A stretch of DNA of 60,636 bases, the filler included, from Sphacelaria rigidula (Eukaryota), in assembly GCA_964200075.2 (NCBI GenBank). It is 9 parts of 9 records of this genome, joined end to end, with 100 filler letters (N's around TTAATTAATTAA, not from the genome) between each part and the next. Parts side by side here need not be neighbours in the genome. Positions count along the whole stretch, not along the records: positions 6,750 to 13,398 come from CAXNAA020018832.1; positions 13,499 to 20,147 come from CAXNAA020018833.1; positions 20,248 to 26,896 come from CAXNAA020018834.1; 6 more parts are not named here. One strand, 5' to 3'. The notes below the pieces were generated by a model. It had not been told where the DNA came from. It saw only the letters and a program-made list of their open reading frames with translations, and made no database searches. Positions 12,183-25,749 of this stretch are shown one piece after another (the stretch's first letter is position 1; every line of letters begins with the position of its first letter). Made by a program: the position numbers and the translations under genes.

Positions 12183-14209
12183 CACACCACGGGTATTGCT
12201 CATGGCACACCAGACGACATCAGACACTCCCCATCCCCACCCGTCAGACTATGAATAACGTTTTTTTCAATTCGAGTTCCTACCCGGGAAAGCGTTGGGT
12301 ATGAGATACCCTCGTGGATACAGTATCGTGAGACAGATCTTGAAATATTGCGCGGAGACCATACGGGATCAATCAATCAATGCAGTTAGGGCAGGGTATA
12401 CCAAGCGTCAGGGTGCCCTGAGCTATTTTCCGGGTATCATTTGCAAATCAAGTACCCTAGTGAGGGTACCGTGAGAGGTATCAACTAACCGTCGAAAGTA
12501 CCAAGTTTTTCGAGGTATCTGAAATGCAGGGAAAATAAAATGTCGCGTATTTCAGAGTATCCGAAATACTTAGACGTGGCCCCATATAGGCTACGCGTGT
12601 CGAGGCGTGGAGTATCATTACCACTATCAGTAGTGTCCACTATCTTGGGGGTGAAATCAAGATGCGGATCTTCACACATACTTTTACTTGGTTTGTGTGA
12701 TGCTGCGGTAGGAGTGCACAAATAGTTTCAGAAGCTAGAATCGTTAGGAGTCCTTCATCTAATCCGAAACACAACTCATGATATATTTGAAATTACGCCA
12801 GGATTACTGTTTCAATGTGCTAGCTGGGGATGTCCCGAACGAATGTGCAAACGGAGATGCCCTGACCCATATTCTTGTGCATCGACAATCGTTAGGAGTC
12901 CCTGAACCAGATAAGAATTCGCGCAAAAAGTGCATCGCTACCGTAGCATTACTCGTTTTTACTCCACCCGGTTGTCTGGGATGCAGAGGGCACCGTCATG
13001 CCGTGTGGTACGGCGCAACGCGTCTAACACGGGATTTTACAAATTTGGGATGTATTTTTTATTGGGGATGAGAAACCGGAAAATTTTAATCTTCGTATCC
13101 ACACCAAATATTCGAGATATGATTTTATTTCTTCAATCTCTGGTAGCTATTGATGATGACTACACGCCATACAAATTTGGATTTCGATAACCGAAATGGT
13201 GGGGTCCTAGGTCAAAAACCAATTCTGGGGTCCGATCGCATCAAACACGGGATCTTACAAATTGGGGATGGATCTTTTATCGGGGATGAGAAACCCGGAG
13301 AATTAAAATCTTCGTATCCACACGAAATCTTCGAACTATGGTTCCATTTCTTCACCTACTGATAGCCATTGACAACTGCTGAGTCATCCTACGATAGGNN
13401 NNNNNNNNNNNNNNNNNNNNNNNNNNNNNNNNNNNNNNNNNNTTAATTAATTAANNNNNNNNNNNNNNNNNNNNNNNNNNNNNNNNNNNNNNNNNNNNCA
13501 CAAAAACAACAAAAAAAAACACCACCACCCCCCCCCCCCCCCCCCCCCCCTGGAGACCACGGACTCTTCCCGAGGGATGGGAGGGGGATGAAAGTCTTGA
13601 GAAAAAAAATGCGCGGTCCCACAACAGTGGAGCCATGCAGACCTAGCAACACGCCATCGATCATCTCGTAAAATTGCAAGTACCTGGTACACATTGTTCA
13701 TCTGCGAGACACTGAGCATATCTACGACTGCGCGCTTCGATAAGATTTTGCCAACTAGGGGTGAACCACGTACATGGGGGAGGGGGGGGGAACTCACCAA
13801 TTCAACTCGAGTGTCCGCTACATGTTCTCGCCTCACTGTAACACATACCATACTGGGTTGTCGTACTCAAGCAACAACGCTGGCAATTATACCTCAACGG
13901 GACAAAGGTGCCTAACTTGTCACGGCGGGCCTCGAGGTGCTCTCCAGCCGGTGGAAAGTGACATAGATGCCCCTTTACCCCGACAAGCAACACCGTGAAC
14001 GAAGTCCAAATTCCCACAATATGCACTGCTAACTACTGCCTCCGACCGACACACAGTGCACTGCCTGATTGAAGAGGGAGTCGGGGCGGGTGGAGGTTTA
14101 CTGATGAGTAGGTAATGACCAAAGAACTCACAGAAGCACGTGGGTGTTCCCATATCTTCAAATGATGTTCTAGTACTGCCCCATTAGGTTGTACAGACAT
14201 CGGAGTATC

Positions 14210-17200
14210 TCAACGAATACCATTACGACTCGAACGATCACGACCGCCAGTGGCAGAGTCCATCTTAGACTCCAAGGGGTCACGTTTACCATCAGACTCC
14301 TCGAGAGCTGTGACATTAGCCGACATGGCCGCGGGATTCTCCGCCAAAATCTTGTCTGTCGCAGTCTTCGCCGCCGTGTTAGCGGCCTCCTGAATTAGCG
14401 ATCGGAACTCGGCAAGGATGCGCTGTCGATCTTGATCCACCATTTCCGATTTTGCGGCCAAGTACGCCTCCTTCGCGGCAAGCTGTGTTTCAACAGCAGG
14501 CGTTTGTCATTGCAGAAGCAAATGTGAGTGAGCAGCGAGGGCGTGTTTCTAGCGCATTGTTTTTCGATCGGAATTGTGCGGTGGGTGTGTTGTCATCCCA
14601 TTTATTCTGAACGCCGGTCTGCACGTTTCAGTACACGTGGGCATGCTAGGCGGGGTCTCGTAGGAGGAAGGCCGACACCGGATTTTTTTTTTTCTTCCTT
14701 GTTTTGGACCTGAGCCTTCCTTTTACGGTGCTGTACATTATTTTTTTCATCGCCAGAGAGGTCCAGCTGTCCCTTTCCCTCGATGACCGTCAAGTCGAAC
14801 TCTGTGTACCTAGGACGTAGTCACTCTCCATTGTTGGACATTGTGTGAGAAAAAATCCTAGATCGCTTCGAGATTCGAACCCACGACCCAACCGTCTACA
14901 GGTTTTGGGCTTACCAATATACGGTGAAAGCGGAAAACTCCATTATATCAGGTCTTGGCTTCAACTATCGTAGTTTATTTTTCAAAAATACGGTTGAAAT
15001 CACAACCCATCAGATCGAAATATTTGTTCTCCACCGCACTTTTTCGATCGAAAAATGATGTGCTGAGACACGGCCTGAAGGATGGTTTATGATCACGCAA
15101 AGCGCCAGTGACAGCCGAGCAATTTCTTGGCCGAGACGTTGCGGAAAATTCAACACGCAGCAAAAAAAAAAGTCCCACCCTTGTGGAAAACTCGACGCAC
15201 ACGCAAAAAAGAGGTAACTTCAGAGTTCGCCCGGCACCCAGGAACTCCACGTATAGTTGGAGTTCTTCATAACTGCGGTCAACAGAACGTAGTCAAACTT
15301 CAAGTTTCGCATCCCGGTCGAGAGCTACTATTTCAGGTTTTTCGGTGACCGCAACTCATCACGATTCTTGTTTGATCCCAAACCTTGAGAATCGAGAGGT
15401 ATATGAGTACCTGGCACAAGTTCCGAAATATATGTATATAGTCTGCGGTAGAACAAAACACGGGCTCACCGGTGTCTGGGGGTCCTACGAGTGAACCGCC
15501 CCCGGTTCTCGCTCTTCATTTTCGCTTGACTGAACCGATCCGGATCATTGTCATGGACAATCAAGAGCTGGGCCAGCCAAAAAGCGGATTTAAGCTCTCG
15601 AAGCAATATCTTGACGACACAGACAGGTTGGGCCGTGATCGGCATATCGTATCAATCGTCTCATCAAGGGGAAGGTGCCCATCTGCTTCAAAATCTGGGC
15701 CAGTTTTTCTCGTTGATTAAACCCCATACCTAGTAGTTCCTATACCGTACGGAGATGGCGTCCACACTAAAATATATATGAAACCCCGAACGATGATTTC
15801 AGCGGATCATGACGATTTCTTGTGCGGACATTCCCTGGGGCACGGGGAGATGATATATACCCTCACCTTTACCTAATTCACAATCTATCTCGAGATATGG
15901 CGCAGATAGGCTTCCATACTAGAACCAATACATGACGACCAGAGGCACTAGATGCCCTAAATCTGGATATCGCTTCCCAGTTTTCGAGAGTTGTGCTATG
16001 AAATCTGGTATGGAGAATCGCTAGAGCATAATGAAATAAAGAACAGTTTGTTACGTATTTTTCGTCTTTTATTCATTTTTCTCGTGTTCATAGGAGAAAT
16101 GGACATTGCTCTTGGGCCTACTCAATTTCGAAAATCGTGGTTTAAAACTGAGCATGGAGAACGACAGGGGTATGCTGGATTGAAAATAAATGGGTCTTGA
16201 TTTTTCATTGATTATGGGAGAGGTTCGGGCGTTCTCGTGAAAAAGTGGGCATCATCATACTAAAATGCCTTGAACCAAACTCGTCAAATGCCCTTGAATC
16301 ACCAAAGAAAAAAATCATGCCCTGTTCATTGTCCGTACAAATTTTTAGTGTCCGACTACTTTATCCACTCGCCTGTCGCTCCACTTCTGCGAAAGATTCC
16401 CGAAGACGCCTGAGCTGCTCATGGCTGTGAGGGTTGTAGCGGAAGAGTCCGTAGAAGAGCTCAAAGCTGTCGGCACAGGTGGTTTCCATCAGCCGCAGAG
16501 CGCTCGCGAATCCTTGCGTATCAATTGGGGTGCGCGATAGGCCCTGGCATTTACAGGCGATGTACGCCAACGTTTCGAGAGACGAACAGGACGACACGAT
16601 TGTAAGCCACGACGAACACGATCATGTTCGAACACACACGTGGTATTCAAGAAAATCTCCGAATCCCATCTCGTCGTTAGTTTGGAGACAAAAACAAGAC
16701 GTTCGAGGCTAGCTAGGGGTACGCATGGGTCAGCTTCATCACACATCATATATTGCGAACTGTTCGTTCCACGTCACCCCAACACATCCGAAGTCAAGCA
16801 GCATGCCGTCAGCGTAGACTCATCCACTCATTCATCCACCTGCTTGCCCAAGATACGTCCCATCAAATGTGTGATGAACTGAGTGTTCGCGGCGTACTTG
16901 TCGTGCAGCTCGCATGACATCTCCACCATCTTGCATCGCTCCGCTTCCCAGATGGACAGGAAATCTCCGGCTCTTCCGTGGTCGGTGATGCGGACCCTGT
17001 CATACAGAAACGGAAGCCCCAACCAGCTGTCCTTTCCGGATTCCGGTCCAAACATCGGGTGCGTACAACTGCGAGGAGGAGTAAGCAGAGAGGGAGAAGG
17101 GTAACATCGAAAAAGAATTCAAATGATGGGGAACGTTTTGAGTCTTGGAACAACAGTACTTGTTCTCTTGTTTGGAGTGGGGAGGGGAGCAACGAGACCG

Positions 17201-20112
17201 CTTTCAAACCCGGTCTGTTTCACGACTCTTGCACGTAAAAAAATCCTATCCCGTGTTAGTGTTGGTGTTAGTGGGCGCACCGGGGAGAAGGGAGGGGGTG
17301 TACTCATTTGTTACTTGCCTTGGTCGTTCAACCATTAAACACGCATCTATTCGAGACGGAGCTGGGGGGGGAGGGTAGGACAAACAGGAGATCCACCTCT
17401 TGCAGGTTCTTCTGGAGAGCGAGAGCACAAAATATCAGGTACTTGAAAAAATAAAAAATGAAACACGAGAAACACTAGCGTCTGTTGAAATAAACGATTA
17501 GGCCCAGGTCCCGTGCACAACCCGTTGGGCAGCGGGCCGTCGGATGCGATCGTCAATAACAAAACAAACTGCAAAACACACACACATTACACAAGTCAAA
17601 ACTCACAGGATATCCGCGTCCTGAGGAAGATACTTCATCATGGTTTGCTTGGCGTGTATCTTCACCGATAGCACGTCCACCACCAGCTTTCCGCTCAAAA
17701 AGTCGAGGGGGATGCTCTTGAGCACTTCCTCGAACGACAAAATGCTCACCGCGAACACCACCACGTCCAAATCGTTCGCAAAAAACTCAGAAGCTTCGAA
17801 CTGCGGGTAGAACTGAGCTCCTGGAAATTAGCGATAACATTGGAGAAAATAACAGTGTAGCCGCACAAGAAAAAAAAAATGGCCTTTACGGCTCAGTTTC
17901 GTCCCGACACTACCAGATATGGAATTTTTTCAGCGGTTTGACTCATACAGCAGCATCATACTGTGACATCTATACGTCCCCGTTCTGTTCATTTTCCATG
18001 CAAGCCCCTCATATTTGTAGGTTCACCAGAACTTCGTCGGCATTCATCTACAACCTCACCGAGCTGCTTGGAAGGCCCGGGCTGTAAGAGGCGGCACAGG
18101 TCAGGTGTTTTTCCTCAACCTGTCCCAAGCTAAAGGCGGAACACTTGACCGGAAAATACTCTCCAAAAAACAACGACCACACACACGGTCGCAGAAGATA
18201 AGGCAAAAACTGTGGAAATTTTCGTGTCCTGGTAGTGTACCCCGGCATGCAGAAAGTGACCATATGAGAATCGCCGCCTGCGGAGGGTTGTATCTTGCGG
18301 TAAGGGCCGCAAAAAAAGCAACGGTGTTTTGGCGAAGGGTAATGCTTGGTTAGAGGGGGGAAGGGATGTCGTGACTCAACATACCTCGACTAAGCTCGAA
18401 TTGAAGCGGTTCGAGTCCAAGTTGCGACGGAAGCCGAGCTCGGCCGGGGGTCGACGTCTGCATTCTCCTCTCAAATACCCGCCCGCACAAAACACGAGAA
18501 GGGGGTTGGTTGCAGCTGACCTTCCTCAAGGTAATGCTCAAGAGGATGTTTATGGATATAACTCTCGATTCGATCAGAGGCAGCATCACAGGCGACGCAA
18601 ACAAAAGCGCACGACAACATACATTATACCAAGGTTCGGCCGAATCATCGCCGGTTTAAATCACCAAATCCACGATTTTTTGGACCTGATTGCTCGAGGG
18701 AGGGAAAAAAAACTGACCACTGAACGAAAAGGTCTCCACACAGCTTTTGCGTCATTCTACGCGCCTGGGGTGCGCGTGGCTTCGGTGCAACGCTTGAAAG
18801 CAGAGTTCAAGGATTGATTCGTACGGTACAAATCAATCACACAAAAATCAAGTAATATCCATACGAATCACTGATTCGTCCGACGCTTGCATTCTTTAGG
18901 CAAACACAAATCACCACCTTTTCCCCATCCACACCCTGCCCTCTTAACGGTGTCAAAAGCTTCACCGCGTCAAAATCGACATGGGCGCATCAAACCACCT
19001 CACTCATCTTCTGGATCGATGCTCCCCCTCTTCCCCACCCCCCTACCTCAACACCACACACTTGCGAATCACAACAGTCGCGGCATCCCAAAACACAGGC
19101 GAGTTTTGCCACGGTGCACCGTGGGGAGATGCCGCGGTTTGTTCCACTGAGGGGGACAATCCGCTCTATGGAAAAATCCGTGCGACGGACACCCGCTCCG
19201 TAATAATTCGTGGTTGTGTAGCGGGCGGATATCCGCTTTGTGACAATCCGTGATTCTTCACACTAGCGGATCAACCGACGTCACGCACCCATTTCTTTTG
19301 CAGGGATGGTGTAATCCCCCCTTCCCATGCCCACCACATCGTGATCCTTCACGAACGTCTTGGCGATGAACTGTCCGAATTTGCCGAATCCAATCACCCC
19401 GATCTTCAGACGCCTGCTAGCAGCTCGCCCCCCCCGCTTTCCCATCTCCCGCAGAGGTGCCACGGGGCCCGGAACCTTACCATCGCTGGCTGCCTGATGC
19501 AAATCAAGAACACGAATAAGAGACAAACGAACGGGAAACGCGGAAACAAGTACGGAGGTATCGATCCTCGGTTTCAAATATTAGTTTCCGGGTACCATTG
19601 ATCATAGCAAAATATCGCAGGCAGGGTCACCGGCTCCATGCCGGTACTGAGGAATCAAATCGCAGAGATCCAGGGAAAAGTGAGATTCGACGTGAAAACG
19701 TCCGACATATCCAAGAAATGGATGCCACCTTGGCAACCATCTACCGGGTCGAGAGGTACGGCTCACTTACACATTCCGGGACGGCGAGGCCCTTCCCCTG
19801 CGAGCATGCATTCAAAAACAAAAAATAGCGGATGGCTTTGACAACCACACCAACAGCGGGTAGCTCCTTGATTCATCATACATTTTACGGGGCACCCTGC
19901 TGGTTTGGACGTCCCTCCCGCGCACCTACGCCCGTCCCCGTGCTCACCATACTTCTCGCGCCGCGCTCTAGGGCATCGAGTGTGTCCGTCACTGGCCCCA
20001 CAAGCTTACTACTCCGAGGGTAGGATCCCAGGACGCACGTGAAGGGCGTCAGCTCCCGCAAGTGCGACAGTGCAGCTTGCGCCTTACTATCCAGAGTACC
20101 CGCTAGGTAATC
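14210..20112 (-). CDS. tyrA: Prephenate/arogenate dehydratase (ACT C-terminus) fused to arogenate/prephenate dehydrogenase (TyrA family), 5'-truncated; exons 20112-19948, 19493-19289, 17820-17607, 17068-16840, 16543-16373, 14482-14210
   Basis: Phase-consistent splicing. Motifs include the Rossmann KIGVIGFGKFGQF, VVDVLSVK, DILCTHPMFGPESGK, HDKYAANTQFITHLMGRIL and DSFELFYGLFRYN. The upstream exon AQAALSHLRELTPFTCVLGSYP is the PDT-ACT C-terminal signature. Stop at 14210. Confidence 0.92.
14560..14920 (-). mobile_element. tRNA-derived SINE (intronic)
   Basis: The minus strand reads TTGGTAAGCCCAAAACCTGTAGACGGTTGGGTCGTGGGTTCGAATCTCG, with a Pol III B box, followed by about 300 bp of non-tRNA body. 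Boundaries are approximate. Confidence 0.55.
15670..16300. mobile_element. Interspersed repeat family (further copies at about 55550-55850 and 56805-57430)
   Basis: Collinear similarity, e.g. TTTTCTCGTTGATTAAACCCCAT...ACGGAGATRGCGTCCAYACTAAAAT...GACATTCCCTGGRGCACGGGGAGA...TCTCGAGATATGGCGCA. Confidence 0.75.
18630..18889. mobile_element. hAT-like MITE (same family at 39088-39561; partial at 40322-40392)
   Basis: TIRs CAAGGTTCGGCCGAATCA / TGATTCGTCCGACGCTTG, and the body aligns with 39338-39561. Confidence 0.7.
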
Positions 20113-20247
20113 CTATTTTTCGGCCATGCATACATGCGGCGACATGGNNNNNNNNNNNNNNNNNNNNNNNNNNNNNNNNNNNNNNNNNNNNTTAATTAAT
20201 TAANNNNNNNNNNNNNNNNNNNNNNNNNNNNNNNNNNNNNNNNNNNN

Positions 20248-20688
20248 CGTAGTAGTGCCTCGTGAAAATGACCACATTGTAGCATGGACACTCCTTCCCG
20301 GTTTTTCCGGTCGACCCTGTGTTGGTGTAATTACTACGTTTTAGTATCAAATTGTGACCCAATAAACCCACCGTAAAACTTGGTAACGCTGTACTGAGTA
20401 CAAGTAATATCGCATAACCAAGTTCCGACCGCCCTGCACTTGGAAACGTGGGAAGGTTTATCTCGGCCAGGGATAGGGTCCCCACACGATCTATGCAGTG
20501 GCATCACACCCGCCAACAATCCCCGCGCTGATCATTCGGGTCTGGTCGATATATTTCGCCTCGCCGTGATTGGCAGGTCGCTCGAAGACTTATTTGTAAT
20601 TATTTCACCAACACAGGGTCAACCCTGTGTGTTAGTGGGGGGTCGGTCCCAAAAGGGTTAAGGTGGCATAATATGTGGAGACTACTAC
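20248..20688. mobile_element. MITE-like inverted-repeat element at the contig start
   Basis: CGTAGTAGT...ACTACTACG ends, plus internal inverted GACCCTGTGTTGGTG / CACCAACACAGGGTC. Confidence 0.5.
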
Positions 20689-20787
20689 GTTTTGAGGTTT
20701 ATGGTATTTGTTTATGGGGTATCTGCGGCGAAGTATGGGCGCTTGGAGGGTACCTACTGCAGAGGTTACGTGCGTCAAGATTTTTAG

Positions 20788-21312
20788 CGGAATTCGGGAA
20801 GTTTAGTCGTGGTTCCTCGACGGGTTTGATGTATGCGTTTGATGTGAGATAGCCGAGAAATTATGGGAATTTCTTCAGGGTGGATGCTGTCATTGTGAGT
20901 TATGTTGATGTACTGTACTGTAGTTTTTCGGAAGGGAAATGCGTGTTCTTGTGGCGTATGTGGAGACCAGCGCGATTGGATTTTTCGGGAAAATGTTGAT
21001 GGTATATCGCCGGGGATTTATGAGCGCATGGAGGGTGTATGCTGAAGAGGTAACATGCGGTTAGATTACAAGCGGAATTCGGCAAGTTCTATCGTGGTCG
21101 TGGACGGGTTTGATGTGTGATTGCCGGGGATATATCGGGAATTGAGGGTGGATGCTGTATCAGTGTCGTGTATCCACCATCTAAATTTCTCTAAATCCCC
21201 GATACATCATCAACATTCCCCCGAAAAATCCGATAGGAACTCGGCAAATTTTATCGTGGTCGTGGAAACGTTCGATGTGTGATTGCTGGGGATTTATCGG
21301 ATTTAGAGGGTA
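20788..21312. repeat. Three diverged copies of a roughly 85-100 bp unit
   Basis: GAATTCGGCAAGTTCTATCGTGGTCGTGGACGGGTTTGATGTGTGATTGCCGGGG-like unit at about 20788, 21073 and 21236. Confidence 0.6.
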
Positions 21313-21680
21313 GGTACCGAGTGCCGTTGTTCAGAGCCTGTAGCATCGACGAGTCATTGCTACTGGGCGTGGCAAGGACGACCTAGCAGTATAGCACGCT
21401 TGAGGCGAGGATGAATTGGCGTTGGCGAGGAGAGATTACGGTAGGGAAGAGCGAGCGAGAAGCTAGGAAGGCGGTACGGTATGTGCTCAAAATGTCTATC
21501 TTACTGCCTCTTGACCCCACCTTGGACAGATCAGTGCATTAGGTCCGTGACCTCTGAAGGTACATGGTACGAGGTATGCCGTCCCTGGGAGTGAGCAACG
21601 TTTTGACGTGCGTCTGAGAAGAACGCCTGCAGGAGTTTTGAACACCAATTAAATTCAAAAACAGATTTTTCAGGACGGAC

Positions 21681-22996
21681 GACAATATTCAAATGTTTTC
21701 AACTGCTTTGCTCTCATGTTCTCGTGACATTCGCTGCATAACCACTGACTTCGTGCTCCCAAATTAATGAGAACGCGAAAAAAAACACGGTGTTCAAAAC
21801 CCCGCCTAAATTTATCCTGTTCGAACGATGATCTTCAACAGGCTTTGTGGTTTGATTTCCTGTTCGAAGTTTTCCATTATCTCGAAAGGACTTTTGTGGT
21901 TCGGGATCGACACCCCGCGAAAAAGGGCCAGTTTGAGCGATATTCGGTGCCCAAAACACGCGCCACAGGTATGAGATGACACCCAAACCTGAACGGTAAT
22001 GTACCGCCGAGCCTTCTCCGTGTGCTGCAAAACAAAGCGCGCGATAAAATGCCTTGCTGCCAGAGAGAACTGGGCAAAAGTGGTGAAACATGTGAAATGA
22101 TACATGTACATCCCGAGTTCTCTCTGGCAGCAAGGCATTTTATCGCGCGCTTTCTTTTGCAGCGCACTAAGAGGGCTCGGCGGTACATTACCGTTCAGGT
22201 TCGGGTGTCATCTCATACCCGTGGCGCGTGTTCTGGGCACCGAATATCGCTCAAACTGGCCCTTTTTCGCGGGGTGTCGATCCCGAACCACAAAAACCTT
22301 TCCAAGATCATGGAAAAATTTCACCCTTTTGGAACCCTCTCTTCTTGTCCCCGGGCCAAACGCCTCATTATGACAATCCCTGACAAAGAGGAAAATATGG
22401 AAGTAGAAGGCTGATGACATCCATTTTTATAATTGAAGACCGAAGAAGAATCCAGTAGCACACGCGGCGGGTGCAAGAAAAATGTCCTCCCTGGAGAGGT
22501 CGGGTGAGGTTTCTCCAATCATACCACGCAACGGATGAAGTGTGCCCAAATTTATCCATCGACAAGAATGAGCAAAAGCACTATGAAGCATTCCATTAAA
22601 AAACAGCAATGGGCTCCAGGATCTGATACGGCACATCGGTGAACAGGAAACCTTCTTTTATTCCACTTGTCACTCGCACGGGTCTAAAAAACACGCATTT
22701 GGTAAATGTTGTTGCGTCTGAGCTGTAAACCATCAACCATGTCTTGCTCGAAAACCGTCAATCGCAAATGATCCATTTTCCATGGTGAGTTCCTGAAGGG
22801 TTTAACAGGAACCCGAACCACAAAAGCCTGTTGAAGGTCATGGAAAACCTCAAACATAATTATTTTTGGCGGGGTATTTTCCCCCGTGTTTCTGTTTGTC
22901 GCGTTCTCGTTGATTTGGGAGCACGAACCCACCGGTTATGCCGCCAATGTCACGAGAACATGAGAGCAAAGCAGTTGAAAACAATTGAACATTGCC
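21681..22996. mobile_element. Compound foldback element: outer inverted repeats plus an inner hairpin with about 205-bp arms
   Basis: 21681-21860 is inverted at about 22815-22996. The inner arms at about 21866-22073 and 22112-22321 are nearly perfect, seen as mirror-image ORFs on both strands. Confidence 0.8.
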
Positions 22997-24181
22997 TTGG
23001 CGTTAGTCAAGAGCAAACACAAGACCGTGCAATGGGCCGTTGGCGAGTTGAACAAGGCACAGCAGCACGGCAGCACAGGAATGCGCGGCCGCAAAAAACA
23101 ATCGCCCTGTTTAGATAAAAGGCTCGGTGATTTAGAAGCCACAGTGATGTACAAAGAACATGCCAAGAATGTTCCACTCATTCCAATTTTCCGGGAAGTG
23201 CCTCCCGCTGTCATGTCTTTGTGGCACGATAGCTACTTCGCACTCTGGCACTTTGGGAATACCACACATGGCCTACGCCGGCGGTGCCGCAGTCGGCCTC
23301 CGTCCGAAATTCCCATATTTCCGAACGACATCCGATAACACATGCGATGTTTTGTACAGCCACGATCACAGCTATACACTGAGATACAACAGCCCCTATT
23401 GACCATATATTTTCGACTTGCATCACCCCCGGGAAAAGGGAAACCTTGTATATGTATATTGTCGATTTTAGTTCCATTTGATTCGTTGCTGTTTAGGTTT
23501 GTGTACATCTACGGGATGTGTCTTTTTTACGTTTTCCCTTGCAACTTTCGTAGAAAGCTCCGATCACCTTCAAACTTGGCAGTTTGGTAGGTGACGGTGC
23601 TACGGATGTCAAAAATGATTGTTGAAGAATATTTCAAAGTTTATCCACTCTCTACCGGCTGCCGGGGGTCCCGGCGTAAAGACCCCCAGAAGCCGGTACA
23701 GACTGCTTCGAAATAAAAATTCAGACTCGATTCGTCCCGAGGTATTCCAAGGAACGTTTGTAAAATGTTTCGTTGCGAGACGCAAAAAGCTGATCCCAAA
23801 CAGTAGATATAAGCTCAAGCGCACAAGGAAAAGGTCGGCAGCATACTATAACCAAGTACTTATGGTGGTGCCGCGTACACTTGTGCACTTCAACGCATAT
23901 ACCGGCGATCCTTCACGCCATTTTCTCGGGTGAGACTCTGACGTTTTGCACACAGGTGCTCTGAGACGTCTAGGAGGGCTGCACGGATGGATTATTTCGA
24001 CTTTTTTTCAATGTTTCGCCAGATATCTGGTGAAAAAAAGCGAATGATGCAATTCATTCAGCCTTTCTAGAAATCTCAGTGTGCAAAATATTCGGGGTCT
24101 AACTCGAGAAAACGGTGTCAAGGATTAATGGGGAGTAAATTCCAGTCGTTCACCCTGCACCAGCCTGTATTCGCACGTGTG

Positions 24182-24193
24182 GTACTACTACTA

Positions 24194-24224
<31 letters not shown>

Positions 24225-24270
24225 CATTATACTACAAAAGTACTACTACTACTATAGTAGTGGTGGTACT
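24182..24270. repeat. (CTA)n microsatellite with an inverted (TAG) portion
   Basis: Direct reading. Confidence 0.85.
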
Positions 24271-25749
24271 TTTGTAGTATAATGGTAGTACCCAAGTTTC
24301 AACTTTCCGTCCCATAGGTTGGATGATGTAACCAGTTTGACTGATCACCGGAGTGCGACTACTGAGTGCACGCCTACATCTGGGGCGCATTGGCCGCATT
24401 TCCGTTGTGAAGGGTATGCTGGTTCGTCCGCTTCCGCATGCATAGGCAGAAAAAGAAAAAAAAAACAGAAAAGGGAACAATCGCTGAGCTCCACAAGAGT
24501 AACTTGTTTCATTACAGCGTGGGAGTGAATCCCTGGCCCCTTCGCCCGCCCGCGCCAGTCGTGGGAGTGCCCATAAGATGTTAGTGGCCGGCACCGATCG
24601 ATAGATTGATTGATTTCAAGACTTAAGTTGAACGTGTGTCAGGCCAATTGACGTCTGTTTTATTGGATAGTTGTTGCTGTTTTTTATATTAAAAACCGTC
24701 CCGATATCTGCGTAGTACTCTGTGCTGGGCATCTGATGCGGACGCCTTCCGTGGCCACAGGCTAAGTACCCCAAGCTAGGGCAAAAGCAAAATCATAATA
24801 CATAGTGTAGGGATGTATCGAGAAGGTTCTACACCTTCGATTTCTTTAGTCGATACAGCGTATACTGTACTGATCGATTGTTGAGTCTTTATAGACCACA
24901 GATATCGAAACTTCCAAAAACAAATTAATGGCCTGCAAATATCGTCTGTTTTGCCTTCATGGAGAATCAGGCTCACCCAGTGTTCAGGTGATTGTTGGTG
25001 ATGTTGTCTTTACTTTTCCGCACAATATTCAATATACATGATTGATTGACTTATTGATTGTCGCAAAGTAACCGACTCAATTTACACACATTTATCCATA
25101 TATATATATATATATATATTTGTTTGGTTCTGTATATTTTTACCTTAATTTCTCAGTTTACTCCTGCTATTTGTCCTTTATATGAATACATATCTGTTTT
25201 TCCATTCTTGTCTTTTTCTCTGGCGAGCGGTTCCGTTTTGGTTACCTGGGATACCTAGCTCTCTCGGGGATCAGTTAATGCGCGACAAATCAATCAATCG
25301 ATCAGTACTGTTTATTGTCTCATATCAGGTGATCCGCTAGGAAAATAGCAGTTTCAGTGATATTGATTTCGGTGTTGTGATGAACATCTAGTGATGATTA
25401 TACCGACATTGTCGTGGTATCGAGTACTGTATCGCCACAGAAAATAAATATATATATATATGTAGTTGACAAGCACACATATAAATATCAAAGTTAAGCA
25501 GTGCTACGATAGAGGTTGCACTTTTTGTTTCTGGGCCTCGTTTTTTTAGGAGCCCAAATATATGGGGCTTACTGTGCTACCCAAATATCCGGGGACAGGA
25601 CATGGAAATGCACACAGGGGCCTTTTCGTGAATCGGCATCATTTTCAGTCTTTTCCAAGTGAAAACGATGCCGATTCTCAAAATGATCCTTGCAACACCC
25701 CGAGAAACATTTTCGCTCAAAAGTGCAACCCTACCGTAGTAGCATCACT

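Noticed and set aside
21714..22420. Paired near-identical ORFs on opposite strands
   Set aside because: They are a by-product of the palindrome and show no protein motif.
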